Shown here: positions 25,101-39,049 of the stretch, one piece after another
Numbering within the stretch: position 1 is the first letter of the stretch
Layout of the letters: each line of letters begins with the position of its first letter
Assembly (NCBI GenBank): GCA_046563655.1
Contig: CM102289.1
Span: forward strand, 6,448,001-6,512,000
Direction of reading: 5' to 3'
From: Yuukianura sp. NJ FZ-2021
Lineage: Eukaryota
DNA length: 64,000 nt
The notes under the pieces: model-generated
Seen by the model: only the letters and a program-made list of their open reading frames with translations
What the model was told of the DNA's origin: nothing
The model's database searches: none
Translations under genes and position numbers: made by a program

Positions 25101-28100
25101 TTTGCTAACATTCAATACCAAATTCTGGCATTCTTTTCCTCTGAACTTTGTTAAACCCAGTTATTAAAAATTTTCAAAATTTAGATACTGCCGCCACTTT
25201 TACATAGGTTATTAAGTACCAATAATAATATAATATATAAAATTTAGTTTGCATTAGCTGATTTTAGAAATTTGTACACAAAAGTAACATCAAACTCGTT
25301 TTTGAAAAAAAAAACCAACGTTTTGGTTTTGAATTTTGAACCTAATTTAAAAAAAAAAGTATTCGAAACTTACTTGAACAAAGTCGCTTTCGTCAACGTC
25401 AAAATTCGTAAAGCGGAGAGATAGAGGACCTCCTTTTGGACGCTTGATGATATAAGTACAATCAGTATTTGACGGGTATTGACCCAATCCAAAGGCCGGT
25501 GAGGTCAATGACCCATTTGAGGCAGAAATGACTTGTTCACATCCTGAAATTTCAAAAAGTTATCCTTTTTTCTAAAAATTTTTTACTCTTTTTACCTTGA
25601 TAGAATTTCAATTGGAATCCGGGTGACCCTCCACTTCCAGATGACGTAAAGTACAAGTACACTTTGCTCTGTGTACTCGTGACATACATTGGATTTTCAT
25701 TCAACAGGCCTGTAAGTGTTGCCAATTTTGGGGATGCCGGTTTGTCACCGTCACGGATTACCAAACTGTCTCTGGGCGACATCATTCCAATATTTTCGAC
25801 CTATTTTAAAGACAGATGCAAAAGAATAGTTAGCGGCAAATTCAAATTTTAATGACAACGTTTGACACTGTCAAATGGTTGTTGTTATTTTTAGAAGTGG
25901 GCCAAATCTTACCTTGATCGTAACGAGTTTTCCTGGTGGAGCGTCAATTACATACACGCACTCTAGTCCTCCCGGGTAGCTGTTCGGGTATCCCGGGGAA
26001 GACAAGACTTGACTATGCGCAGTAGCACGCAGTTTTCCACCGCATGTCTGCGGTTCCGTTTTCCAAGTGGCACGAAAGCCCTTCTTTTCCACTGAAGCGT
26101 CAGATCGGAATTTGACAATCATAAAATTAGACGCAGCCGTGAACACTGCAGAGGAATTGAGTCGCCCCGACAGTGTTGCTGTGCTCACAGCAGCCGATTC
26201 TGTTCTTGCTCCCGCCAAAATTTGAACTGTGTCAAATCCCTTCTCAGTTTCAAATTCCGAAAACTGAAAAACGGTCCAAATTCATTAAAAAAACCTCCGA
26301 ATTTTCAAATTTTCGACCACGTGACCTGACTTGACATAGTTTAATATGTAATGTCAAAGTTCAACTAACCTGAAGCACAATGCTGTGACCTTCGGGGGCT
26401 TCCAGAGTCCATTTGCAATCAGATAGAGATGGATAGCGTTGCGGGAAAGCCGGACTTTCAATGAATGCTCCGACCGAAGTTTTATGAAATCGGCACAAGT
26501 CGGGACAGTCGAGTTCGTCTGAAAAATCTCCGCAGTCGTCTTGTCTATCACACTTGAAGGCCGAATTGATACATTTTCCATTTGAACACAAAAATGTTCC
26601 CGCGGGACATGCTGGAGCTCGGCATAAAAACGGCATCAGTGTTTCGCATGTCGTCAGTTCCCATGACTGCAGTCGGTTTTCTCCCGTTGACGCTTGAACG
26701 CATCTTCCTAACTTCGTATTCGGCTGATCCTCGGCCCAAAATCCTGGATTTAGAATTAAAAGTCATCAATTAATCATACTTTTGTATTAACTTTTTGTTG
26801 ACTAATTTTCACTTTCCTGTTTTACTAACCTACAATTTCAAATTTTTTCTTTTTTGCTCAAAATTTACATCATTGAACAAGTGAGGTTTGTTAAGCTCTC
26901 ACTTGCGTACAAAAGTTTTGTTTTTAATGGGGGTGACAAGGTGAAAAGTGTAAAATGCATTTCAACTACAATTTTTCTATGAACATCGTAAGGAGTAGTA
27001 AAACAATAATAAGGCTCTGCAGAAGAAAAATTTCTCTTGCAGTTGGACTTGGAATATTGTTTTTGACCTCCAATTGAGCACCAATTAAGCTCACTTCATC
27101 CAAATATTCCGGATTTGTCACTTTTACTTTGGCCTCTTTCTGACAAAATAACATTTGAGTTTTCGACGAGAAGTTGTCAAAAGTTGCCGACTTTTGTATT
27201 TGAAGAATTGTAAACATGTTCAACTGTGTAGTGTGGTCAGATGTGTCCTTAAGTCATTGCAAGGCTATAAGGGAAAGTCTTGTCAACGACCACACGATAT
27301 TCACTTCACGGCTTGTCATTTGTCAATTTACCTCAATTTCACTTTTCATGGAAAAATTAAACATGTTGCACACATTCAAAATATTTTTTTTGGTGTCTGC
27401 GACAACTCGTCGTTAAATTTAAATGTCGACGCATGACTTGATTTTTATGATAATTTCTCATCTTTTGTCACAATTTTTTTTCTGCGCAAGACGTTTTGAT
27501 TACAAATTGACTACTTGATCATTTTAAGCACCAATTTTATGATTAGTAATTTGAAAACGTAGGGAATAAGAAAAAATACGTTGGTAAAAAAATACAAAAA
27601 GAAAATACTTTCCTTGCTAAATAAAATTTTCCTCTGATTTTGGAAACTTTGCGATTGTTTGATGTGGAAAGTGGCGGAAATTGGAAGAATTTTTGCATAA
27701 ATTGTGGGAAATTTGGAAAATGTTGAATGAGCTTGTATGAAATTTGGGACAAATGTGATGTAATATGAAATTATGACTAAGAAGAAAAGTGGCACGAAAT
27801 TTGAAAAGTCCAAGAGGTCATCATCATACTGACCTGCAAATTGGGAGAGGAGTGACCCCGAGGGGGAGTCAAGAGTGTTTGTTCGAAGGTCATCGAGTGT
27901 GTTGTAGCCCAACCAGAAATTGGGATCGCCATGTGAAAACCTCCGAGCTAGTGACACACTGTAGTTATGGGATGACCACGAATCAACTTCTACCAGCTCC
28001 GAACCATACCTGAAATTTCAAAAAAAAATTCAAAATTTCAATTTTCAAAAAAAAATCACAAATCAGAACATAGCAGAGACATTACAGAAATGAAGCAGTA

Positions 28101-31100
28101 TAAGGTGAGATTTTGCTCAACCCAACCACTTGTAAATTGTCGAAAAAATTTTAAGTACTTTTTGGATTGAACTTAAAACCGGCTTTTGGTCAACAGTGAC
28201 GTGTCTACACCCCAAAACGTTGTGCAATTTCGGAGAATTACAGTAAGGCCAAAATTCTTTTGACCTACCTTTTTCTCTCATCTGCCCACACAGCATTCCG
28301 GCACAATTTAAAAATTTGCGCCTTTTTGAATCTATTCAAAATACAACCATTTTGACTCCCCAGAAGCGACAGTTTTAATCCTTCATTACTATTTCTTTCT
28401 TTTAAGTGTCTCACTTTGTCACAGTCATTTTCACTTCAGAGCTGTGCAGATTCATCACCTCTCGGCGCAAAAAGAATTTGCTGAAATTGGCCATTCGCAA
28501 ATTAAGTTTCTGCAATTTTTCAAACCCTTATACGTCTCACAATTCAACTCCCAAGTACAAAGGGACTCCAATTCTATTATTAAGGGCCCACTCTCTGCTC
28601 TTACAGCCATTGTTCTGCTTTTTGTATAGTGGGAGAAGATTGGGATTAATCTGCTCCAATTTATCACTGGGCGAAGGAAGAGAATGGCAATTCCAACTTC
28701 ACGATTATTGCAATATTGCAAAATAAATTGCACATTCAGTAATAGTTACTCCCATTGAACGTTACTAATCATCAAGGTTAAGTCACAAAATTAAAGTATT
28801 CGTTTGTCTGATTACAAAATGGAGGCCTTCACTCCCCCTCTTCTCAGATTGGTTAGAATGCCAACTCAAGATTAAGTCAATTGTTGAAGATGACATTAGG
28901 ATTTTGCAACAATTGAAATCAATCAAGTCATTTAAAGTGTTTAAAGGATTTTACAGGTAAGGCACGGCATGTCATCAACACAGAAAAACAAAAAGCGAAA
29001 AAGTGTTGCAGAATAAGTATCAAATTTACACTAAAAACTTTAATGTTTGTTGGGTGTGTCATATAAGAGTATTTTTTTACTCTTAATTACTATAAGATCA
29101 TGTTGATTTTTTCGCAAGAATTGTTCATCTTCACAAAAAGAGGCGAAAATTTTCTTTCGCAGTATTTAAAACCGTCTGTATTACCATTTACATTCTCTAA
29201 TTTCACATTTTGCAACTTTTGGAAAACCGTCATTGTTGCAGACAAAATCCGATTTTGCTGTTTAATTTTCGAACCGTACACAAAGAACAAAGAAGGTTTT
29301 GTAAATTTTAGCATGCAAATTTAAGGTTCGGGCTGCAGATTCTCAAATTGCAAATTTATTTCCGCCTTGAGAAAAAAAAATCAGTGACAGTGGCTACACC
29401 GGTTTGTTTCAAAAATTCAAATTTCGATAGACACAGAATATAATTAATCCCTGGGAAAGTTTTATCCTTTGAAAAGAATGAGACCACACGGACCAGGAAG
29501 AAACTTGGTGCAGAATGAGGTTCAGTTTTCATGACGTTGCTTAGAAACTACTTTTGAAATTTTGAATTTTTCCTCCTTCAAAAAACCTTCATACTTAAAG
29601 ATCGGATTTCATCTCGTTTGACAAGATTTCCTTCCATCTTCACACTCTGACAGATACGTCAGTCCGCATTGTTTCAATCCAACCGAAACCGTTATATTTC
29701 TCAACGGTGCCAAAAAACAAAAAATAACAAATTATAAAATTTTTTGGTTTGCGAAAAGAATTTCAACTAAAACGAGGCGTTACACATACGCGACTAATTA
29801 AGGAAAAATTAACTGCAGTACAAATTATGAACTAAGTTTTTTAGTTTTTAAAAACGAAATTTGTGTTTCACAGTATTCAAAATCTACGACATAAGAACAA
29901 AATCCCTCCTACATCAAAACTTAAAATTTTTCAAGCGAGAACAAAAACGGTCTGAAGAGTTTTCGTTATACCCTCCGGCAAAATATATTTTATTTATGGA
30001 CGTGCTTTTTGAAAAAAGTAATTCAAAAAACCTTTAAGGAAGCAAAATGAAGAAAAGCAACAACCACTGTAAGAGGAAACTGACAATTTCAAATATTTAA
30101 CAAGTGTACTCTCCACATACTTTGCAAAATAAAATTACTACATTGCCTAGTAAGCTTTACAAAACCTAGAAACTTATCTCACCACCAAAAAATAAAGAGT
30201 TACCAACGCTATTCAATTTACAATTATTTTTACAATTGCAAAATTTTAAAAGGGAAAAAACATAAATGGAATTCGAAATCATCTTAGCATAGAATTAATT
30301 CTCGCTTTAAAAAATGAAAAGTCACTCCATCACCATTCTATGTGATGGGCAGTTTTTTGTTGTTGTTGCGCCGATGAGTTGGCGCAGTTTTGAAAATCTT
30401 TGTTTGTGATTTACAGTTTAGTTTAGGAACGTACCAAATGGATATGTTATAGTTGGTAAATGTTAATAAAAGCAATAAAAAATTTGTAAGACTTGGTTAC
30501 TCAAGCCTTCTTAAAATAAGAAATCGAAAGAAATTGGTTGTGTCGTTAGCAGGCGAAAAAAGTTCTAAAGTAATTTTTATATGTAGTAATCGACCACATG
30601 TGTCAACGACTCCATATTTTACTGTAATGTTTTTTTAAGCTTATGTGAACAAGAACAAGGTAAAAGAACTCCAAACGCTTTTCATTCAATCTTTTTTTTT
30701 GGCAAATTTCTCATCATCCATACACAAGATTCATTTTCGCACATTTGCAAAAAGGAATGAGAAAAAAATTGCGATTTTTTTTGTCCCAGCTAACTCGTCT
30801 ATTGCTTTTTTCAATACTTTTTCGTCATGCTCGTGTAATAAGGATTTTTTTCGAATGCTAATTCCGTATTTCCTTCCTGTACTTAACTGTAAATGTATTT
30901 CAAATTTTGAAGATTCACAAAATAAGTCAAAATACAAAAGAAAACTTTCTCGTAGCTAAAAAATTAAAGATTATAACAGTTTTATGGATAGATTTAACAG
31001 GTTTCCTTTTTTTCTGCTGTAGTTTTACATAAATAATGGCAATGCCAAATTTTTGGAAAATTTGGAGCTGTCATTTTTAGCACGCAGGCTCATGCACTAC

Positions 31101-34100
31101 TTCTTTTTTTTTTATATTCAGCTTGGTTCAAAAGATTTGCCTTGAGAAAAAAAACGTCGTTTTGTGCCCTGCGCAGAACAATGCGCTGAAGCCGAATGTT
31201 GTTGACTGTCAATAATTGGGAGTGACAAAGGAAATGGAGGAGATGCGATTATCGACTTGTTGTCGCCCAGTGCAGTATGACGACACAGTTTGAAGTGGAG
31301 GGAATTTTTGAATTCTTGTCATCAAATAACAATGGAAGTGGGATAACCTAACAATAGATTGTCCTGACCTACTATTCCCAGGATGATTGAGCTCAATTAC
31401 CAACGCCTCAACTACTGCACTCATTCAACCTACTCTGAACGTCTTACATCAACTAATGGTAAAATACAGTGCAATTTGAAGAACGAGAATGCAATTCCCG
31501 GGAATCTTGAAACATCGTTAGCCTTGATTTGTAAAAGTTTTGAAAGATTTCAAAAAAATGGAACAGGGCAAACCAACAATCAGAGAGCGAACAGAAATTG
31601 GTTTTCCGGATCTCATTTTTCGTAATCTAAAAACCAAGGGCCTACAAGGCAGCATCCTGTTTAGAAAAATGAAAGTCCAGGACCCTTCATAATCCAGGAC
31701 GTTTTTCCCCAGGCCCTTCGTGAGAAGTTGGAAATTTCCCAACAAGAATTCGAAGGGCTGCTTCAAGGCTATCATTATTCAGAACAGTTTCGAAAAGCTA
31801 AACATATACAATTTTAATGAAATTTTTGAAATCATTTCTGGAGGGTTTCAATTGATCCTTACTTGTTAAATTTATACCTAGCTCCATCTCGGGAAGAGGA
31901 CGTTATTTTTTTTTAAATTGAAACTGATATTTTACTTTAAAAAGAATTGATTTCGAACTTACGGTAGTTTTCAATACTTAAAAAAAATCGTCCTTACACC
32001 ACAACCTGTTGTGCTTGTAAGTTTTCTCAAATTTTGATTTTTTTTTGACGAGGTGTGCGCAACCGTGAACTAAACCTTCTAATCATGGAACTATACAAGG
32101 AACTAAGCAGGTCATACATTTTTTTTTGCGGTTTTTGCCGCGAATTTGAAAAAATTCATTGGATTTTAACGAGACGTTTCTTGCTAAATTCTAACCACAC
32201 CCAAAACGTTTTTCAAAAAAGAACTTCGTCTTGGTTTGTAGTAAAACTGGCCTCCATTTGTCAGTTTCATTTTAAGACGTGACACTTTGACACAATACAC
32301 CCTCTGACTCATTCAAGTTCCAAACAAATATCATGCTTAAGGATAATTTTTTGTAAGCCCTGCGCAGAAGTAGAAACGCCTAGAACTGTCTAGAGCCTAA
32401 TAAGCTTGATTTAAAACCTGCGCAAAGTCCATCAAGTGGCTAACATTGTAACGAAGTCAAGTCGGCTTTAAACCATTTGGACACCACCAAACACCTTTGC
32501 GTCCTACTTTTTTTCTTTCTGAAACTTTTGAAAGATTCAACAAAACTTTCTTCTTTGGCTTCTGCGCCTTCTGAAGAAACCCACAAAAGATTCAACGAGC
32601 ATTTCCATATTTTAACTGGGTAGGAGGATTTAGGCCTCTTCTTTTACTTAATTGTAATTAGTTGCCATAAATTAAGTGATTTCAGCAACAATGGCAAAAT
32701 CTTCTCAACAGATTTTGCGCAAAGAAAATTGAAGATCTCTATCACTCTAGTCTGGCCTTACCTTTCAATGCAACCTTAAATTACAACGTTACTTTTTATC
32801 GCAGCTTCACTTTAAATCACTTTCACTTTCTTGTTCACTCAATTTACAATTTGCAATTTATAATCACCCTATTCAGTCTTATGATGATCAATTAGTATAG
32901 CGCTTTAGTGTTCAAAATGTTACGCCACAGTAGCCTCGCAAATTGCAAAAAAAACTCTAAAATTAAAAGAGGATATAGGCACTTCATCTAAATTGGTAGT
33001 GTGGAAATAACTGCAAATTTTTTGCAGTAATTTTTTGTGGCCATTTTCTACATGAGCCGAGCAGTAAAAACTTTTTTGAGTAAAAATTTGTACTGCTGAA
33101 GGCAAATTACAGATTGGCAAAATATTTTTTATAGTTTTACGGAAGAGAAGCAAATTGGCAATATTTGCAACAACAAAAAATTCTGTCTGCTTACCGTTGA
33201 CAAAGTTGAGCAGCTCTTTCCCAGGAATGCCTTATACTAAAGTATTTATAACAGTGTAGACCATACAGTTCCCAACCTGTAAAAAATGACAAGAAAAAAT
33301 TGTATAACAAGTGCAAAGTGCACACGAAACTTCCATTACTTCCAAAATTTCAAATTTTGTACACATAAAATGTTGTGTAATTTTTTGGCAATCAATCGTT
33401 CGGATGCAATCTGGGCATGGGATTATGCCGCAAGAAATTCTGAAGGATTTTGACTTCCATTCAACACCCTAATTAAAAATTTCGATCACACCTCTGGTGA
33501 AACATATTAAAAAATTTGACATTGAAGTATATGGATCAAAATCTAACGTAAATGAATTCCCACTGATACCACGCCCATTTTGCATTCAATGTTTTTCAAT
33601 TGTTTCCAAAAACCATATTTCATACTTTGTAAAATCCTTTTTCCTATTCAAAATTAACTCATAACTTCCTCATTCCTGGTTAACAATTAAATTCTGATTT
33701 ATGGCGGCGCACAACGCGTTTAAAATTGATCAATTTGTTGCACATCCTCTCTCAAATAATATCCTTTCAATTATATTTTTTGACTTTGTCCTAAACGTTT
33801 TCAAAGCCAAAAATAAATCGCAATCTGTCAATTTTAAACGAAATTATTCAAAACGGCTTCTTTGTTTCAAATTTTACCGCCACAAGGCAAATGTATTAGT
33901 CGTTTCGTGTAAATGAGACTACTACGTCGCTGGAGGGGATGAAGTTCGTTTGTTAAAAATTAAAAATTGGACGTCGTGGTGGCTCGAGCCGAGAGAGAAG
34001 GCTAACATGCGCATTTCCGTCTACAAATCCCATTTGTACGCAAGTTTATGCAAAAAGTGTTTCGTAGTAAGTTAGAGAAAGTGGGTTGCCGACCATCATC

Positions 34101-35028
34101 AGACAGACTGAATGAGTGAATCACCTAACCTAAACAGGAACACAATGCAAGACCAAGGCGTATGTTTAAGAAAAATTTTACCAAAAGAATCTTCAAAATT
34201 TGTTTAAACATAATGTTTACCAATGTTTAAAAAATTTGTGCAAGATTTTGTTAGCTTTTCTTTCTAAATGTAGGCGTCAAATAGTTTTGAATATCCCTTA
34301 AGGTTACATGATTTGACGTTTGTAATGTCGTATGCTTGTCCTACCTGATGTAGTTGGGTAGCAGAGTGTTGGTGGGTCTGATATGCAATTGAATTCGTCG
34401 TCTTTCGTAGCCTGGAGAACTAGCATGAAATGTGTAATGTCTGTAATTAGAGTGCTCTCAATTCTATTGTTTGTGTTTTTTCTAGCTTAAATCTGACAGA
34501 AAAATCTAAATTGTGAGAATGATTTGAAATGAGAGTTGAATGAATTAATCCTATGCAACAATTGACTTAAAGATTAAAAGCAAAGATCTCCTAAGTCGAT
34601 CTGACACTTGGCATATAAACTAAAACTGACGCAAAATGTGTAGGTTTGCATGTTTAAATTAAGGATGAATTTCCTGCATTTACAATTCAATTATAATTTT
34701 TATTTCTATCTATCATGAAACACGCACTACGGTTGTTTTTTAGACTTCAGATACTATAATAAATTTTTGTAAAACAATTTTAAAAAATTTTATGTGAAAT
34801 TGTGGTACTTACCGTTGGGGCATTGAAACAAGTTAGATTCCTAAGAAAGAGCAAAAATAAATTGATGAAAATTTTGTTTCTGACAGTATGTAATTCTAGT
34901 TTACGCAGTAAAAAAAAGTACATATTATAATAAGTAATGATGTTTACCTGTGATATACTAGTTGGTATCAGCTGTAAGTGGAAGAGAGCTATAAAAATGG
35001 CGGCTCCTGTCCTCCAGCAGGACAGCAT
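13157..35028 (-). CDS. uif: Uninflatable: giant single-pass apical protein (C-type lectin, LDLa, CUB, CCP/sushi, FA58C, EGF, HYR, ephrin-receptor-like Cys-rich, LamG/pentraxin, TM)
   Basis: Signal exon [15 protein letters not shown] at 35028; small exons ESNLFQCPN (~34.8 kb) and [12 protein letters not shown] (~33.2 kb); CTL at ~27.9 kb; LDLa [17 protein letters not shown] domains at 23.8-26.5 kb; CCP/FA58C/EGF at 20.5-23.8 kb; HYR and EGF arrays at 14.4-20.4 kb; [27 protein letters not shown]; tail with [35 protein letters not shown]. This domain order matches arthropod Uif. Confidence 0.93.
31657..31788. repeat. Small degraded inverted-repeat element inside a uif intron
   Basis: Outer arms ctgtttagaaaaatgaaag / ctatcattattcagaacag; inner stems gcccttcg / cgaagggc and gttggaaa / tttcccaac. 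Confidence 0.45.
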
Positions 35029-38000
35029 CTAAAAGCATACAAAATAAATTAAACTTTTTTTTTCCAAATTCGCCGCCTATTATTTGTCAGATTTCAAAAA
35101 GAGCATCATAATTCATATTTTGAATAGAATTTCTGATTTCTTTCGGATTTTGAATTCCTCAAGTTTAGTGCTCATCTTTGTTTCACGTGTTTAAAAAAAT
35201 GAAATGGAAGATGTTCTATACAACAAATTGAGCATTCAACTTGTTAAAAATTCAAATAAATATGCATTACAAACTCTCCCTCAACAAAGAAACAAAAACT
35301 AAAAAGGCTTGGCAACTTTTTAATCCTTGTCACGTCCGTATTTCCAAGTCTGAATCCAAAATTATTCTCCTCATCTTCCGCCACCTCCCTCCCCATGCAC
35401 TTGTAAACTCTCAGTTGACATTGACCTTTGAAGTTTTAAATTTATGAACATAAAACCTGTCTTCCTCTTAAAAATTCATCTCTGCTACCAGGACCACTAG
35501 TTGAATCTTTACGGTAACAACAGTAAGAATTAAGTGGTCGAATACAAACGTTCTCAAGTTTCGGTCACCGAATTCTACGAAGATGACTTGTGCTTGTTGG
35601 AATGTGTGAAGGAGGAAACATTTGAATTTGAAAAGATCTTCACCACTCTACTAACATTTTGACTGTAGGGCCTAACGTCCATGGGGTGGTAAACAGGTTA
35701 GGGTAGGAATGAATGGATCTCCCTAAACCTTCAGAGGAAGAAGATAGCTTAGGCATTGAGGTCACGACAGACCGTTGACCTCTGTTGGATTCTGACTCTT
35801 AGTGCAGTCATCAATCGTGTTCTGGTCCTGACCATCCGTCTCCATTTTATATGAGTCAAGTAACGTTTCTTTGGTTTTTTAAGGAGGAACCACATATGCC
35901 ATGCACCTAACTTAAACTTTGAAGCAAAACCTTTTGCCCTCAAACACTAACATCATCTTATTCTTCATCACTTAATTCCCTTGTACACTGGTCATCTTAT
36001 GACTTTCCTTGTGGAAAACTAGTTTTTGACGGGATTCAATGCACTTGACTCTAATCCCGGCCCCTGCATTTCCTACTCACTGCGCATGCGAAGAAAAAAC
36101 ATAATTCATAGTGAACCAATTTCAAAAGTTTTATGACTTTTGGTTCAATACTGGCCGACACCACTTTTTTCATATTTGCTTCTGAAAATTATAATGTGTA
36201 CAAAAACTTCTTTTTCAACCAAAATCCCACATGAAGTAAGTGCCTTGATTTTTGAGTAAATGACAAAAAAAAACATCCTGGGTAAAGAAATATTTGTGTC
36301 AAAAATTCAGTTGATGACGTGCAGGAGTCAATCTACGGTTTAAAAACTGCATTTAGTTTTGCAGTGTTTAAAAATTTTACTGTTAAAAGTCACACTTAAA
36401 GTGTTTAATTTCTTCAAAAAAAACATCATTTTACAACCTGAGTTTTTAAATTAAAAAATTCAACATGGTGAAGCGTAGGAAGTGATCGAATTTTGAAATT
36501 CTGAAACCGTAATTGGAAAAATGAGATGAAAAAATATATAAAGCATTTTGGACTTCTGCTGAAATGAGTCGATGTTGAAAAAAACGATACTTTTGTTTTT
36601 GAAAATTTGAAAAATTTGACCTCAGCTCCACTTTTTGAAGGTCAAGTTGTTGTTTTTTCAAGATATAGTTTGAGGAAGTGTTAATGTACTTTACTGAAAG
36701 TAGTTTCTGTGATTGCCCTCATTATATCACCTTGTGAGAATGGCGTAATTAGGCGGAAAATGTCAAGTTTAAAAAGAGTAAGGAGACGAGGAGATGACAA
36801 ACAGGAAGAGAGATGCGGAGGCATGAAGATCTGAAGATGACAATAACCTAAGGAACAAGTGCCTACTACGATACGTAGTCTTGCGGTGGATCCATCGGTA
36901 GTGACCACTTTTCTTTTGTTTCAAGTCCAAATGCCCCGAGGTCACCAGGGGTCTTCGTCTTATGCTAATTCCCCATTGGATAGCTTCAACTTCTTGCAGT
37001 ATGGAGGACCATCGTGGTGCTCACATACCAAAACCCACTCAGCCAAGTCCAAAACCTAACGTGATTTCTACTTCATACGTTTACTCGCTCTTCAAAACTG
37101 TTAATTCAGGTTCTTGGCCAACTTTATGCCCAACGGCAACAATCGTCTCGTCGTCACTTGTCAATAACTTTTAGTTTGGCTAACCATAGTGGCTTCAGCT
37201 ACGTAAAAAAAATGAACTCAAATTAGGTTCCTGTTGACCAATTTCCAATGAGCTAAATTTAAAAACCCAATTTTGAAGTCATCAATGCCTCACTGAAAAT
37301 TGCGAATTTTGTTCCCCGAAATGTGAATTTTAAAAAACAAATTCAAAAGTCAAGGGCGGTAATTAAACTAGAATTGCAACTGAATCGAATTGGGGCAATT
37401 CAATGTTTTTCTTTTCACGTTTAATGAAGGCGAATGAGGTCAATTCTCACGATGTTGGCGGGGAGTTTTGAAGTATCTTTTAACAAGGATTAATGATGTG
37501 CTTTTGTGAGAAATGTGTCTAAAAAGTAGCAAAATAGGGAACAAAAACAGAGTCGATTTCATTCCAAATAAGTAGTAAGTAGTTAAGTACAAAATTTACA
37601 AAATGTTGAATACTGGCAAACATGGAGTTTGGCAACAGGTTTTTTAACAAATTTTTTTATGTACATGAGAGTTATACAAAGCCAGTTTTTCAAAAATTCT
37701 GAAGAAGTTTTCAAGTGAGATGTTTTTCTTAGAAAGGTTGTTTGACACCTTCGAATTCCTTAAAAATGTTGGAAAGACAAAGGGGATTGACAAGGAAAAG
37801 CGATGCTTTACAGTTTACATGATTTTGGTTTCAAAAAGTTCTTAACTTATCTCAATTTCCACTCAAAATTTGAAATTCGAACTAAAAACCTTACTACCAC
37901 CTTAACATTACTTGACCTCTGACGTTAAAATTTAAAAATCTAAACATTACTCCAGAAAACTACACCCTACGCTTAGAGAAAAAAAGGTTTCAATATTAAC

Positions 38001-39049
38001 ACAAGGTACAAAAAATACAAAGCAAAAGTTTACAGAAAGCAGAAATGAAACTAGTATTACCTTAGCTGTTTTTCTGTTGTTGTTTTTCGTCCAGAAAATT
38101 TAGTTGCTCATCCTCAAAATCAATTTCGAAAAAAAAATCACTTCGAATAGTCAAAAAACAGTTTTGAGTTTGTAACCTTAACTAACGACTGCAACAACCG
38201 CGTGGATTAAAAATCCGCTTGACAGTTTTTGAGGAGTTCCAAATTTTCCGATTAAACTATCAATTCACTTCCGGTAGTTTTTTCAACTCTCTTAAAAACT
38301 TCGACGCACTTCAGACTTCAAAACCCGATTCAACAGTGCAAAAAATTTCGTTTGTCAAACTTTTTTTTAGTCCTTGATGGTTCCCTGGTAAATTCTAAGA
38401 ATAAATTTAACAATAGAAGGGGACTTAAGGGCTACTTTTTTTTGCTTTTTCAAAATCTAGGATCCGGTCCACCACTCTCGTGAGGTTGATTGAAACTGGT
38501 CAGGTAAGTGCAGAGTTCTTCCGTCTTGGAAGGCACTTTGCCTTAAGATGTGGGCTTGTCTCACCTGCCGTAGATGTTGAACAGAGCCCTAGGCAGGATC
38601 CCACCACCTCCCTTTAGGACGCTGCACTCACAAAACAATAAAATTCCTAAAGTTCCTTCCCTACCTACCTTTTGGCTTCGTTTTTCTTCTGAGAAAGCCA
38701 TTTAGATTTACCTTAGCGGAGGAACAAAAGTGAGGCTGAAGTGACGAAATACGAGGAACCGAAAACCGAAACCTAAAACCAAAACGTTTTTAAAAATTTG
38801 AACTTATTAAAATGGCTCGAACCTGTAGGCACAGCTTGGAAAAAAGCGAAGAAGTTGCTTGTGGATGGTTCAATTTTTTTTTCGAATAAACAAACAATAC
38901 TTTCATTCACTGTGAATATTTTATTACAGCAGAACCCCCCATTGGATAACACGCCGTGATTGGATGGTTTGAATAAAGGTGAAGGCGGCTACCGTACGGT
39001 GCCATATTGTAACATCTGAATCGTAATACTAGAAACGTTTTGTCTTGTG

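Noticed and set aside
13157..26770. Interpreting the EGF/CUB/CCP ORFs as separate genes (Notch, fibropellin, SVEP1)
   Set aside because: They are linked by short introns on one strand, and the overall domain order and tail match a single uif gene.
28400..33920. Short AT-rich ORFs in uif introns
   Set aside because: F/K/L/I-biased chance ORFs, many starting at non-ATG codons.
35560..37180. Less AT-rich patches and short ORFs in the inferred uif 5' UTR intron
   Set aside because: No recognisable protein motif, consistent splice chain or element termini.
38499..38510. Minus-strand ACTTACCTG resembling the U1 snRNA 5' end
   Set aside because: It is just the complement of a splice donor; no U1 stem-loops or Sm site follow.
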